Source: an uncultured Gemmatimonadaceae bacterium
GTDB lineage: Bacteria > Gemmatimonadota > Gemmatimonadetes > Longimicrobiales > RSA9
Direction: 5' to 3'
Length of the DNA stretch: 63,531 nucleotides
Assembly: GCA_964619835.1 (NCBI GenBank)
Contig: CAZUFP010000023.1
Location: 1 to 63,531 of the forward strand
Numbering within the stretch: the first letter of the stretch is position 1; every line of letters starts with the position of its first letter. Shown piece after piece: positions 31,674 to 41,558 of the stretch. The position numbers and the translations under genes were made by a program. A model generated the notes under the pieces. It saw only the letters and a program-made list of their open reading frames with translations, was not told the origin of the DNA and ran no database searches.

Positions 31674-32657
31674 TCAGCCACCGTCGCCGCCCTCCTGCGA
31701 TGGTGAAGGGCCGCCGTAGTGGACCGGTGATCGGGGCGATTCGTCGACGCGGAAATGGAAGACGTCGGGGCGGGCGTAGTGGCCGGCGACGTCGAAGTCG
31801 AATCGAGCGCGGACGATCTCCGAGGTGTCGAGGACGGCGGTGATGGCGCCGTCGGTGTCGTAGAGGGGTCCGCCAATGCAGTCGCCGAGAGGCCCGTAAA
31901 TGGCGCTGCCGCCGCGGCAGAGCGTTTCGGGCCAGGCTTCGAGCTCCTGGCGAGTCTCGACGTCGGCGGGGTACATGTCGCGGGTGACGAACTGGTTACA
32001 GCCCAGGACGAAGCAGCGGCCTTCGAGGGCGATGTGGCGGAGGGTGGCCTGCCAGCCATCGCGTGCGTCGGCGGTGGGTGCCAGGTAGATGTCGATGCCC
32101 TTGCCGTACATGGCCATGCGGGCGAGGGGCATGTAGTTCTCCCAGCAGATGAGTCCGCCGATGGTGCCGAAGGGCGCCTGCACGACGGGCATCGTGCTTC
32201 CGTCGCCCTCTCCCCAGATAAACCGTTCGGCGGCGGTGGGCTTGAGTTTGCGGTGCTTGCCCAGCAGGGTGCCATCGGGCCCGAAGTAGAGCAGGGTGCA
32301 GAACAGGGTGGCGCCGTTGGTCTCGGTGTGGCGCTCGACGACGCCGACGGCCAGGTACGCGTTGGCGTCGCGTGCGGCCTGGCCGAGGCGCTCGGTGTGG
32401 ACTCCGGGGACGTCGATGGCGGATTCCCAGTAGCGCTGCCAGAGGCGTCGTCCGTCCGGGCTGCGTCCACCGACGGCGGTGCCGAAGGCGAGTCCCCAGG
32501 GGTAGCCGCCGACGTAGGCTTCCGGGAAGACGATGAGGTCCGAATCGGCGGCCTCGCGGGTGAGGCGGCAGACCTTGTCGACGGTGGCCTCCCGATCGAA
32601 GTAGATGGGGGCAGGTTGCATCACCGTCACGCGCACACTGGAAGGGGTCTCGTTCAT
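31674..32657 (-). CDS. Nitrilase/cyanide hydratase family carbon-nitrogen hydrolase
   Basis: Catalytic-triad context FPEAYVGGYP (Glu), HRKLKPT (Lys) and GGLICWENYMP (Cys). Start at MNETPSS (rc of 32655-32657). The 98-aa upstream extension in the ORF track was rejected. Confidence 0.8.
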   Translation of the reverse strand: MNETPSSVRVTVMQPAPIYFDREATVDKVCRLTREAADSDLIVFPEAYVGGYPWGLAFGTAVGGRSPDGRRLWQRYWESAIDVPGVHTERLGQAARDANAYLAVGVVERHTETNGATLFCTLLYFGPDGTLLGKHRKLKPTAAERFIWGEGDGSTMPVVQAPFGTIGGLICWENYMPLARMAMYGKGIDIYLAPTADARDGWQATLRHIALEGRCFVLGCNQFVTRDMYPADVETRQELEAWPETLCRGGSAIYGPLGDCIGGPLYDTDGAITAVLDTSEIVRARFDFDVAGHYARPDVFHFRVDESPRSPVHYGGPSPSQEGGDGG

Positions 32658-32860
32658 GTCCGGCCGTGATCCGCAAGAGTCAAAGGGGTGGTGCCGTCGG
32701 CCACGTGGCGTGGCCGCAAGCCAAGATCCGGAACCCGCGATGGGACGGCAAGAGCCGCCGGTGGAAGGCCGCCGGGCGGGGCACGGCGCGACCGGCTTGA
32801 CAGCGGATGCGGCCGCCGCATAGGCTGCATCAACGTCGGCTTCCCTGGTTTCCGGACTCC

Positions 32861-33589
32861 ATGAACGACCCGCTGAAAAGAACCGAAGGTGGCGCACCGC
32901 GCCGAACAGGCGACGGCCCGCGTCCAGGGTCCGTGGAGCGGTACCGGTCATTTTGTTTCGTGGAGCGGCCCTCCGAACGCTGGACGGTGTTCCTGGTGAC
33001 GTACCCGGGAGCGGACGGGCTCTGGCGCGGCTACTTTTCGTTCCGCAACGCGTCCTTCCACCGTGGCGAGGAGATCCGCACGACGGATCTGTTCGTGGAG
33101 GCCAGCGAGGCGGACGTGGACGTTCGCGCGCGCAGCCTCGGTCGTCCGCTGCTGGAGTCGCTGCTGGATTCGGCGTTGCACGTGGCGGAGCGCCGCCGGG
33201 ACATCTCGCCGGACATGCGGCGCTGGTTCCGCGAGGTCCTGGCGAGCCGCGCCGGCCAGCTCAGCCTCCAGCTCGGCACGGACACGGATGCCCTTTCACT
33301 GACCCGGCTGCGCTCCCTCTATGATTCCTACCGCATCGACCAGGTCGTGCACCTGATCGCGCTCGTGGAGCCTGCCGCGTTCGAGGCCCTGGTGGACCAT
33401 CTCCTGGACGGCCGGGAGATCGATTTCCGCGCCGGTGACCGCCTCCAACTGGCGATGCTCGTGGTCCAGGAGCTGGAGCGCCACCTGCCCCTGCCCCCGT
33501 TCGAAGTGTGGGTCGAGGACTACATGTCCGACCCGGAAGTCTACCACCTCTACAGCCACGCCCTGCACCGGGAGCAGACGCTGCCGTGA
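32861..33589 (+). CDS. Hypothetical protein, divergent from the nitrilase gene
   Basis: Start at MNDPLKRTEG. No known motif, with typical codon usage. Confidence 0.5.
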   Translation: MNDPLKRTEGGAPRRTGDGPRPGSVERYRSFCFVERPSERWTVFLVTYPGADGLWRGYFSFRNASFHRGEEIRTTDLFVEASEADVDVRARSLGRPLLESLLDSALHVAERRRDISPDMRRWFREVLASRAGQLSLQLGTDTDALSLTRLRSLYDSYRIDQVVHLIALVEPAAFEALVDHLLDGREIDFRAGDRLQLAMLVVQELERHLPLPPFEVWVEDYMSDPEVYHLYSHALHREQTLP

Positions 33590-33613
33590 GGCCCGGCTGG
33601 CGCCGGGCAGGAC

Positions 33614-33652
33614 GTCGCTTCGCTCCTCAGGATGCCGGCCGTCGGCCGGCCA
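33614..33652 (-). repeat. Partial inverted copy of the dispersed REP-like repeat (core rc GGCATCCTGAGGAGCGAAGCGAC)
   Basis: Its reverse complement aligns with the 3' half of the copies at 33729 and 52543. Confidence 0.4.
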
Positions 33653-33728
33653 GGATGGGCCCTTGGGGGCCTTGGACGCGGCCTTCGGACGTTAGGAGAC
33701 GCAACGCCCGGGAGTGTGCACCCACCTA

Positions 33729-33801
33729 GCCGGCGGAGCCGGCGTCCTAACGAGCGCAGCGAGCATCCTAGGCGGCCGAAGGCCGGCGTCCTGACGCGCG
33801 G
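33729..33801 (+). repeat. Copy of the dispersed ~50-bp REP-like intergenic repeat (GCCGGCGGAGCCGGCGTCCTAACGAGCGCAGCGAGCATCCTAGGCGGCCGAAG), with a partial tandem reiteration
   Basis: About 85% identical to 52543-52595. A 19-nt exact core GAGCGCAGCGAGCATCCT is shared. Sits between convergent genes. Confidence 0.6.
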
Positions 33802-33810
33802 ACCGGCGCG

Positions 33811-35214
33811 TCAGATCCAGGGCATCACCAGCGACAGCAGGATGGCCACGATGGCGACGGGGCAGACGAACCGGATGAGGAACGTCCAGGTGCGGCCCAG
33901 GGGGAACTTGCCATCGTTGGCGCGCACCTCCTCCCCAGCGGCGCGTGTGCCCCAGACCCAGCCGATGAAGAGGCTGATGAGCAGCGAGCCGATGACGAGG
34001 GAGTACTGTCCGAACACGGTGAACAGGAAGGACAGGAAGTCCGTGCCGAGCCCGGGCAGCCTGGACAGCCAGCCGACGGCGCCGTTGGCCAGGGCGCTGG
34101 GAATGCCGATGACGAAGGCGATGGCGCCGAGCCAGATGGCGGCCTTGTGGCGGGAGACCTTCCGCTCATCGATGAGCCAGGCGGCGGCGACCTCAAGCAG
34201 TGACACGGAGGACGTCAGGGCAGCGATGGCCAGGAGCAGGAAGAACCCCGTGCCGAACACGATGCCGCCATAGGGAGCCGGCGGGATGGAGCCCAGGAGC
34301 GACGTGAGGACGACGAACACCATGCCGGGCCCGCCGGTGCCGGGTTCGAGGCCGGCGTGGAACAGGGTCGGGAAGATGATGAGCCCCGCCATGAAAGCGA
34401 TGAGCGTGTCGAAACCCGTGACGAAGAACGCGGAAGACACCAGGTCGTCGGTCTTGGACACATACGACCCGTAGGTGATCATGGCGCCCATGCCGAGGCT
34501 CAGGCTGAAGAAGGCCTGGCCGATGGCGGCGAGCACCACGGAGACGTCGATCTTGCTGAAGTCGGGGTTCAGGTAGAAGTGCAGTCCGGCAGGCGCGCCG
34601 GACAGAGTCACGGCCCGGGCCACCAGCAAAGCCAACAGGACGAAGAGGGCGGGCATGAGCACTTTCGTCCAGCGCTCGATGCCGTCGCGCACGCCGCCGA
34701 TGACCACGCCGACCGTGAGCACCATGAAGAAGAAGTGCCAACCGATGGCGGCGAAGGCGTTGCCGGCGACATCACCGAAGATGGCCGCGGTGTCCACGCC
34801 GGGTTTGAATGTGCCGATGGCGGTCTTGAAGACGTAGGCGAGGGTCCAGCCGGCGATGACGCTGTAGAAGCTCAGGATCATGACGCCGGTCAGCACGCCG
34901 AGGCCACCCACCGCCACCCATTTCGAGCCAGGCCGGGACAGGGCGCGGAACGCGCCCACCGGGTTGCGCTGGGTTTTGCGGCCGATGATCAGCTCCGCCA
35001 GCATGACGGGCGCCCCGATGAACACCACGGCGAGGAGGTAGACGACCAGGAACGCGGCGCCGCCGTTCTGGCCGGCGACGGTGGGAAAGCCCCAGATGTT
35101 GCCCAGGCCGATGGCGCTGCCGGCGGCCGCCAGCACGAAGGCGAGCTTGGAGCCCCAGGTGTCGCGGGGGGTGGCGGATCCGCTGGTCGCATCCATGCGT
35201 TCAGAACTCTCCAT
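33811..35214 (-). CDS. Sodium-dependent transporter, NSS family (neurotransmitter:sodium symporter family)
   Basis: N-terminal WGSKLAFVLAAAGSAIGLGNIWGFP motif and 11-12 TM segments. Start at MESSERMDATSG; the ORF track extends ~145 aa further upstream in antisense/intergenic sequence. Confidence 0.8.
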   Translation of the reverse strand: MESSERMDATSGSATPRDTWGSKLAFVLAAAGSAIGLGNIWGFPTVAGQNGGAAFLVVYLLAVVFIGAPVMLAELIIGRKTQRNPVGAFRALSRPGSKWVAVGGLGVLTGVMILSFYSVIAGWTLAYVFKTAIGTFKPGVDTAAIFGDVAGNAFAAIGWHFFFMVLTVGVVIGGVRDGIERWTKVLMPALFVLLALLVARAVTLSGAPAGLHFYLNPDFSKIDVSVVLAAIGQAFFSLSLGMGAMITYGSYVSKTDDLVSSAFFVTGFDTLIAFMAGLIIFPTLFHAGLEPGTGGPGMVFVVLTSLLGSIPPAPYGGIVFGTGFFLLLAIAALTSSVSLLEVAAAWLIDERKVSRHKAAIWLGAIAFVIGIPSALANGAVGWLSRLPGLGTDFLSFLFTVFGQYSLVIGSLLISLFIGWVWGTRAAGEEVRANDGKFPLGRTWTFLIRFVCPVAIVAILLSLVMPWI

Positions 35215-35407
35215 TCGCGGGGGTTCCCCCGAGCATTGAATCGGGGTGCCGGGTGGTCTCTCAAGAACTCGGTGTGTGGCGCAGGAACGGGCGAATCTGT
35301 GGCCTGCGCACGATGCTCGCAAGGCGATGGCAGCGGCGTCCGCATGGAACGGATGATGCGCCGGAGGGCCATCGGAACACGAGCAAGAGAGACGGAGGAA
35401 ACAATCC

Positions 35408-35836
35408 ATGCGCTTCCACGGATCTGCCGTCGTGGGGTTGGCGTTGGTGCTGTCGGCGGCGGCGTGCGGCTCGAGGGACCGGACGGAGGGCGCCGGGGCC
35501 GTCCAGGACACCATCCCGGCGTACAACCCGGACACGCTGGCCTGGGTGAAGCAGTCACGGCCGGTGGTCTTCGACGATCGGGGCTGGCTGCGGACTGACG
35601 AAACGGTGAGCGACCCGTCGGTGACCCGGGTGGGACAGTTCGAGGGCATGGTGCTCTACGCGCCGGCGAATGAGTCCCCGCCGTACCAGCACCTGCTGTT
35701 CCCGGTGGGGGACGGCCGCTGGCAGATGCTCGAGCCGATCTCGCGCTTGCCGGAGCCGGGCGTGGACACGGCGGCGGCCGGCAACCGCCGGATTCCTGGC
35801 GGCGGCGCGCCGCACAGCCGGCACATCCGGCATTGA
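35408..35836 (+). CDS. Hypothetical lipoprotein
   Basis: Signal peptide ending LSAAAC (lipobox-like), and SD GGAGGAA. Confidence 0.55.
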   Translation: MRFHGSAVVGLALVLSAAACGSRDRTEGAGAVQDTIPAYNPDTLAWVKQSRPVVFDDRGWLRTDETVSDPSVTRVGQFEGMVLYAPANESPPYQHLLFPVGDGRWQMLEPISRLPEPGVDTAAAGNRRIPGGGAPHSRHIRH

Positions 35837-35902
35837 TGCACGCCGGCGCCGACCCCTGGGGCCGGCGCCGGCGTGGCATCGCGCGGACGGGTCCGACGGC
35901 GA

Positions 35903-36790
35903 TCAGAGCCCGAAATCCACGGGCGTAGGCGTGTCGCCTGAGTAGTCGTAGAAACCCCGGCCCGCCTTCCTGCCGATGTAGCCCAGATCCACCATGCGGC
36001 GGAGCAGCGGCGGCGGCGCGAACCGCGCCTCGCCATACTCCCGATGCATGATCTCGGCGATGCGGAACAGGGTGTCGATGCCCACGAAGTCGCTGAGCGT
36101 GAACGGCCCCATGGGGTAGCCGGTCCCCAGCACCATGCCCTTGTCGATGTCCTCGATGCTGCCGAGGCCGTGTTCGAAGGCCAGGATGGCGTCCAGCATG
36201 TACGGCACCAGCAGGCGGTTCACGATGAAGCCCGACGTGTCCTTCGCCTCGATGGGCTCCTTGCCCACGGAGCGGGCGAACTCGAAGGCCGTGCGGAACG
36301 TCTCCTCGCTGGTAGCGATGGTCCGCACCACCTCCACGAGCTTCATGACGGGAACCGGGTTGAAGAAGTGGAGCCCCACCATGCGGTCCGGCCGGCGGGT
36401 GGCCGCGGCCATGCCCGTCACGGTGAGGGAGCTGGTGTTGCTCGCGAAGATGGTATGTTCGGGGCACAGACCATCGAGAGCACGGAACAGCTCCTCCTTC
36501 ACGGCCGGATCTTCCACGATGGCCTCGATCACGAGGTCGGCACCCGCCAGGTCCTTCAGGTCCGTCGTGGTGTGCAGGTGCGCCAGGGCTTCGTCCCGGG
36601 CATCGCCTTCCAGCTTCCCCTTCTCCACCGCCCGGTCCAGGCTCTTCTGGATCCGTTTCCGGCCCCTGTCCAGCAGCTCATCGTTGACCTCCCGGACCCA
36701 CGTCTCGTAGCCGGACCGGGCCGCGATCTCCGCGATGCCGCTTCCCATGAGACCGCAGCCCACGACCGCGACCGTGCCGATCTTCGCCAT
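35903..36790 (-). CDS. hbd: 3-hydroxybutyryl-CoA / 3-hydroxyacyl-CoA dehydrogenase
   Basis: NAD-binding motif VAVVGCGLMGSGIAE, the HFFNPVPVMKLVEV motif and a C-terminal domain; 295 aa, SD GGGGAGG. Confidence 0.85.
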   Translation of the reverse strand: MAKIGTVAVVGCGLMGSGIAEIAARSGYETWVREVNDELLDRGRKRIQKSLDRAVEKGKLEGDARDEALAHLHTTTDLKDLAGADLVIEAIVEDPAVKEELFRALDGLCPEHTIFASNTSSLTVTGMAAATRRPDRMVGLHFFNPVPVMKLVEVVRTIATSEETFRTAFEFARSVGKEPIEAKDTSGFIVNRLLVPYMLDAILAFEHGLGSIEDIDKGMVLGTGYPMGPFTLSDFVGIDTLFRIAEIMHREYGEARFAPPPLLRRMVDLGYIGRKAGRGFYDYSGDTPTPVDFGL

Positions 36791-36899
36791 GCCTACCTCC
36801 CCGTTGCTGTCTCGTGCCAGGCCGCGGGCGGAACCAGCAGTCCACGTCCGGGTCCTCGAACCGAAAGCGCGCCGCTCGGACGCGCTCGTTCGCTGCTCT

Positions 36900-37757
36900 T
36901 CAGGAGCTCAAGCGTCGGGCGCTCTGCTTCAGCCGGCGCATCAGCGGCGAAGGCGGCGGATCCAGTCGATCGCCCCGTTGGAGCCGGTCCAGCAGGCCCT
37001 GGATCTCGAGCTTCACCGCGGCCAACTTGCGGCGAAACCGCATGCCGGAGAGCGTGATGCCGCCGGCCAGTCCCAGGCCGAGCGCGCCCACGCCGGCGAC
37101 GGCGCCGGCGGCGATGCCCAGCGGGTCGCCGGCCACGTTCGTCACAAGCTGCCAGACGGGCACGAACACCGCCGCGCCCAGCGGCGCCGAGATGAACGCG
37201 GTGCCGAGGATTCCGTTGCGAATGGCCCGGCGACGCCGGTCCCGCACGTTCACGTCCACGCGCACGTGGGACACGTCCGGCTCCAGCTCCCGGGCCCGAA
37301 CAATGACACTGCGGGCGCGGGCAATATGGAACCGGCGCCGGGGCCGGCGCAGCGCCCGGGCGACCTTGGACACCGTGTCGTCCGCCTGGACGAACGCCGC
37401 CAGGCCCTCCCGCCTCCGCACGACCTGGAGGTACTCCCGGGTGGCGAGGTACTCCTCCATGGCCCGCAGCACGGTCTCCGGGTCGCCGGGCACGGAGCGG
37501 GCGGCCATGACCACGTCGGGCCCGAACAACCGGTCCAGGGGACCCGGCTCCTCGGAGCCGGGCACCTCCAGGAGCGCCTGCCGGACATGCCGGGCCGAAA
37601 GTCCGAGCTCGGCGGCGATCTGCACCACCTCGCTCTCCGGGATGCGCTCATCCGGATCGGACGAAGCGGCGAGCTCCGTGGCCCGCCGGATCACCCGTTC
37701 CAGGTCCTGGCGGCTGATGCTGCGCTGCGGCGTCTCGGGCTTGCCCGCGTCGGCCAT
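36900..37757 (-). CDS. Hypothetical membrane-anchored protein (soluble N-domain plus two C-terminal TM helices), co-operonic with the SPFH protein
   Basis: 285 aa with C-terminal hydrophobic segments ILGTAFISAPLGAAVFVPVWQLV and GIAAGAVAGVGALGLGLAGGITL. Confidence 0.5.
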   Translation of the reverse strand: MADAGKPETPQRSISRQDLERVIRRATELAASSDPDERIPESEVVQIAAELGLSARHVRQALLEVPGSEEPGPLDRLFGPDVVMAARSVPGDPETVLRAMEEYLATREYLQVVRRREGLAAFVQADDTVSKVARALRRPRRRFHIARARSVIVRARELEPDVSHVRVDVNVRDRRRRAIRNGILGTAFISAPLGAAVFVPVWQLVTNVAGDPLGIAAGAVAGVGALGLGLAGGITLSGMRFRRKLAAVKLEIQGLLDRLQRGDRLDPPPSPLMRRLKQSARRLSS

Positions 37758-37812
37758 GGGTCCGCCTACCCTGGCACCCGCGGGGCCGACGACGCGGCGC
37801 GCCGACGGCGGC

Positions 37813-38703
37813 TCATTCCGCCTTGGCCTTCCGTGTCGGCTCGCTCAGCGCCGTTTCGTTCGGGAGACGCGAGGCCGGCAGCGCCTGCTCCGCGGCCGCG
37901 GCTTCGAGGGCATCCACCTCGGCGTTCTCGTCCTCGGACGGCCCGGACGCGGTCCGACTGAGCGCCTGGAGCATGGGCTGGAACAGGTCGATGGGGATCG
38001 GGAACAGCGTGGTCGAGTTGTTCTCCGCGGCGATCTCCTTGACCGTCTGCAGGAAACGCAGCGGCAGGGCCGCGTATTCCCTGCCGATGACGCGGGCGGC
38101 CTGGGCGAGCTTGGCAGACGCCTGGAACTCACCCTCCGCGGCGATCACCTTGGCGCGCCGCTCGCGCTCGGCCTCCGCCTGCCGCGCCATGGCGCGCTTC
38201 ATTTCCTGCGGCAGGTCGATGTCCTTGATCTCGACGCCGGTCACGTTGATGCCCCACGGATCCGTGCCCTCGTCGATCATCTCGCGCAGGATCTGGTTGA
38301 TGTGCTCCCGCTCCGCGAGCAGCTGGTCCAGCTCCGCCTGCCCCACGACGCTGCGCAGCGTCGTCTGGGCGAGCTGGCTGGTGGCGAAGAGGTAGTCCTC
38401 GATCTCCACCACCGCCTTCACCGCGTTGCCGACCCGGAAATAAACCACCGCGTTCACCTTTACCGACACGTTGTCGCGGGTGATCACGTCCTGCGGCGGG
38501 ATGTCCATGGCCACGATGCGCAGCGGCACCTTGACCATGCGGTCGATGCCCACGGGAACCAGAAAGATGAGACCCGGCCCCTTGGCACCCACCAGGCGGC
38601 CGAGGCGGAACACGACCGCTCGCTCGTACTCCCGCAGGACGCGCAGGCTGGTCCAGAGAACGGCGACCGCGCCCACCGCCACGGGAATGATGACTTCCAT
38701 CAT
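37813..38703 (-). CDS. SPFH/band-7 (stomatin/prohibitin-like) protein
   Basis: N-terminal TM segment, SPFH core (VVFRLGRL...[18 protein letters not shown]...EIKDIDLP) and a coiled-coil tail. Its ATGA overlaps the thiolase stop. Confidence 0.85.
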   Translation of the reverse strand: MMEVIIPVAVGAVAVLWTSLRVLREYERAVVFRLGRLVGAKGPGLIFLVPVGIDRMVKVPLRIVAMDIPPQDVITRDNVSVKVNAVVYFRVGNAVKAVVEIEDYLFATSQLAQTTLRSVVGQAELDQLLAEREHINQILREMIDEGTDPWGINVTGVEIKDIDLPQEMKRAMARQAEAERERRAKVIAAEGEFQASAKLAQAARVIGREYAALPLRFLQTVKEIAAENNSTTLFPIPIDLFQPMLQALSRTASGPSEDENAEVDALEAAAAEQALPASRLPNETALSEPTRKAKAE

Positions 38704-39908
38704 GTGAGGTTCTCCACGATCACGGCCATGCCCTGGCCGCCGCCGATGCAGGCGGAGCCAAGGGCATAACGTCCGCCGCGGCGCTTCAGCTCGTGCAACA
38801 GGTGCACGGTGATGCGGGCGCCGGACGCGGCCAGTGGATGGGTCAGCGCAATGGCGCCGCCATCGACGTTGGTCTTTCCCATGTCGAGGTCGAGCTCCTT
38901 TGCGACGGCGACGACCTGGGGCGCGAATGCCTCGTTCACCTCGATGAGGTCCATGTCGCCGAGGTCGAGCCCCGCGTTCTTCAACGCCAGCCGGCTGGCG
39001 GGCGCCGGGCCGATCCCCATGATGTGGGGATCCACGCCCACGACGCCCCAGGACACGAGGCGCCCGATGGGCTCCTTGCCGTTCCGCTCCGCCCAGTCGG
39101 CGCTGGCGATGACCGCCGCCGCGGCACCGTCGCCGATGCCGCTCGCGTTGCCGGCGGTCACCAGGCCGTCCTTCTTAAAATAGGGCCTCAGGCTCGCAAG
39201 GGCCTCCATCGTCGTGTCCGGACGCATGTGCTCGTCCGTGGAGAACTCCTTCTCACCTTTGCGCGTGCGGATCGTGACGGGCGCTATCTCCGCTGCGAAG
39301 CGACCTTCGTCCCACGCTCGCTTCGCGCGCAGCTGCGAGTCGAAGGCAACCTGGTCCGCCTCTTCGCGCGTGACTTTGTAGCGTCCGGCCAGCTCTTCCG
39401 CCGTCTGCGCCATGGTCAGGTCACACTGCGTGTCCAACAGGGACTGCCACAACATGTCCTCGAAGAAGCCCCCCGCCTCGCCCAGCCGCAGGCCGCCCCA
39501 CCGCGCGCCACGCACCACATGGGGCGCCTGGCTCATGGATTCCGTCCCGCCCGCCAGGCAGACCTCCGCCTGCCCCAGCAGGATCTCCTGCGCCGCGCTC
39601 ACGATGCCCTGGAATCCGGAGCCGCACAGACGGTTGACCGTCAACATGGGCACTTCCTGCGGCACGCCCGCCTTCAGCCCCACGTGACGAGCCAGGTAGA
39701 TGGCGTCGGCCGAGGTCTGGAGCGCGTTGCCGAACACCACGTGGTCGATGAGATCCGGCTGCACCCCCGCGCTTTCGAGAGCAGCCCGGGACGCGATCGC
39801 GCCCAGGTCCGTCGCCGTGAAATCCTTCAGCGAACCGCCGAACGTGCCGAACGGCGTGCGCCGGCCTGACAGGAATACGATGTCCTTGAAATTGCCGTTG
39901 TTCGCCAT
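38700..39908 (-). CDS. Acetyl-CoA C-acetyltransferase (thiolase II)
   Basis: Active-site motifs NRLCGSGFQ (Cys) and a C-terminal [13 protein letters not shown]. Start at MANNGNFKD (rc of 39906-39908). The ORF-track extension was rejected. Confidence 0.85.
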   Translation of the reverse strand: MANNGNFKDIVFLSGRRTPFGTFGGSLKDFTATDLGAIASRAALESAGVQPDLIDHVVFGNALQTSADAIYLARHVGLKAGVPQEVPMLTVNRLCGSGFQGIVSAAQEILLGQAEVCLAGGTESMSQAPHVVRGARWGGLRLGEAGGFFEDMLWQSLLDTQCDLTMAQTAEELAGRYKVTREEADQVAFDSQLRAKRAWDEGRFAAEIAPVTIRTRKGEKEFSTDEHMRPDTTMEALASLRPYFKKDGLVTAGNASGIGDGAAAAVIASADWAERNGKEPIGRLVSWGVVGVDPHIMGIGPAPASRLALKNAGLDLGDMDLIEVNEAFAPQVVAVAKELDLDMGKTNVDGGAIALTHPLAASGARITVHLLHELKRRGGRYALGSACIGGGQGMAVIVENLT

Positions 39909-39928
39909 GGTCCCGCTCCAGTCCCGGT

Positions 39929-40981
39929 TCAGTCTCGAATGTGATCGCACACCCGGTCCCCGGCTGCGGCGGTGCTCAGACCGCCGCCCAGGTCGGGCGT
40001 CGTTTCGCCTTCACGGATCGATGCATCCACGGCTCCGCGGATCGCCCCCGCCGCCCGCGCCTCGCCCAGGTGGTCCAGCATGAGGGCGGCCGTCAGGACC
40101 GCCGCGAACGGGTTCGCCGTGCCCGTGCCCGCAATATCCGGCGCCGAACCGTGGACCGGCTCGAACAGTCCGATGCGCCCCGGGTGCAGATTGGCCGAAG
40201 GCGCCAGCCCCAGCCCACCCACCAGACCCGCCGCCAGATCGCTCAGGATGTCGCCCAACAGGTTCGCCGTCACGATGACGTCGTAGCGCGACGGATGGAG
40301 CACCAGATCCATGGCCAGGGCATCCACGTACACCGCCCGCCGCTCGACCTCGGGGTACTCCGCCCCCACCTCCTCGAAGCAACGCCGCCACAAGCTGCCG
40401 GCGAACCGCAACGCGTTCGCCTTGTCCGCCATCGTGACGCTGCGACGCCCCGCCAACAATGCATGCTCAAACGCCGCCCGGAGGATCCGCTCCACCCCCG
40501 CCCGCGTGTTCACGTCCTCCTCCACCGCGATCTCGCCTGGCATGCCTCGCTTGAACACACCACCCAGACCGACGTACGGACCTTCCGTGTTTTCCCGGAA
40601 GATCCGCATGTCGATGTCCTCCACCCTCACACCCCGAAGCGGTGAGTGGCTCGGGTCCAACAGGCGGATGGGTCGCAGATTCACGTACAGGTCAAGCTGG
40701 AAGCGCATGCCCAGCAGGATGTCCCGCGCATGCTCGTTCCCCGGCACCCGCGGGTCGCCCAATGCACCCAGGAAGATGGCGTCGTAGTCCCGGCCCAGCG
40801 TCTCCATCTCCTCCGCCGTGATGGTCACACCCGTGCGCAGGAAACGCTCCGCCCCCAGGTCCCAGTCCACCAGATCCAGGGACAGGCCGAACACCTCCGC
40901 CGCACGCCGCAACGCCTTCACGGCCTCGGCCGTGACTTCCGCGCCGATGCCGTCGCCCGGGATGACCGCGATTCTCGACAC
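39929..40981 (-). CDS. Isopropylmalate/isocitrate/tartrate dehydrogenase family (LeuB-like beta-decarboxylating dehydrogenase)
   Basis: GTG start with SD GGAGGT. Motifs [10 protein letters not shown] and [25 protein letters not shown], with the binding-site motif GSAPDIAG. Confidence 0.75.
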   Translation of the reverse strand: MSRIAVIPGDGIGAEVTAEAVKALRRAAEVFGLSLDLVDWDLGAERFLRTGVTITAEEMETLGRDYDAIFLGALGDPRVPGNEHARDILLGMRFQLDLYVNLRPIRLLDPSHSPLRGVRVEDIDMRIFRENTEGPYVGLGGVFKRGMPGEIAVEEDVNTRAGVERILRAAFEHALLAGRRSVTMADKANALRFAGSLWRRCFEEVGAEYPEVERRAVYVDALAMDLVLHPSRYDVIVTANLLGDILSDLAAGLVGGLGLAPSANLHPGRIGLFEPVHGSAPDIAGTGTANPFAAVLTAALMLDHLGEARAAGAIRGAVDASIREGETTPDLGGGLSTAAAGDRVCDHIRD

Positions 40982-41094
40982 GTCAACCTCCTGCCGTCAG
41001 GCGAGCCGTGAGCGCCGGATGCGCGCGGGGTCCGGCGGGAAGTTAGGAACGAACGTCTGTTCGAACCAGGCCGCACCCGCTCCGGCTCGACGGC

Positions 41095-41550
41095 TCAGGA
41101 GTTGCCCACGATGAGCACGCCGCGGCGGCCATCGGACAGGCAGTGGAACGGGTAGCGGCCGTCGGGGGCTCCGTTCAGGTTGACGATCCATGCGGCGGCC
41201 GTGTCCGTGAGGGGCGGACCGCTGAGCTGGGAGGTGCGTTCCAGGAAGGCCCTGGCTTCGGCGGACAGGCCCTGGGCGTCGAAGGCGACGGCGTGGGTCC
41301 GGTTGTCGCCGGGGGAAAACCGGATGATGTCGCCGGGAGCGGCTTGCACGACGATGGGCGGGGCGTCGGCGCTGTCCGCGTCCAGGCGGACGACGTGGAT
41401 CTGTGAGCCGCGTGGGAGCCGGACCACCTGGGTATCGAGGCGCAGCTCGCGGTCGGGGTTTCCGCCGCGGCAGGCGCCGAGCGCCGCCAGGATCAGAAAA
41501 AGGGCGCCGAAGCGTCGAACCCGCTGCGGCGCCCTGGACCTGCGCAGCAC
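41095..41550 (-). CDS. Lipoprotein with a possible cupredoxin-like C-terminal domain
   Basis: GTG start (rc of 41548-41550), signal peptide with lipobox LGAC, and a C-terminal YPFHCLSDG..GVLIV that weakly resembles a type-1 copper site. The upstream part of ORF 41095..41796 overlaps the cytochrome c gene out of frame and was rejected. Confidence 0.4.
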   Translation of the reverse strand: MLRRSRAPQRVRRFGALFLILAALGACRGGNPDRELRLDTQVVRLPRGSQIHVVRLDADSADAPPIVVQAAPGDIIRFSPGDNRTHAVAFDAQGLSAEARAFLERTSQLSGPPLTDTAAAWIVNLNGAPDGRYPFHCLSDGRRGVLIVGNS

Positions 41551-41558
41551 GATCGATC

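Noticed and set aside
33811-35649. 612-aa version of the Na+ symporter ORF
   Set aside because: The first ~145 codons have no TM or NSS signature and overlap the divergent promoter region. The NSS motif WGSKLAFVLAAAGSAIGLGN begins right after MESSERMDATSG, so the start was placed there.
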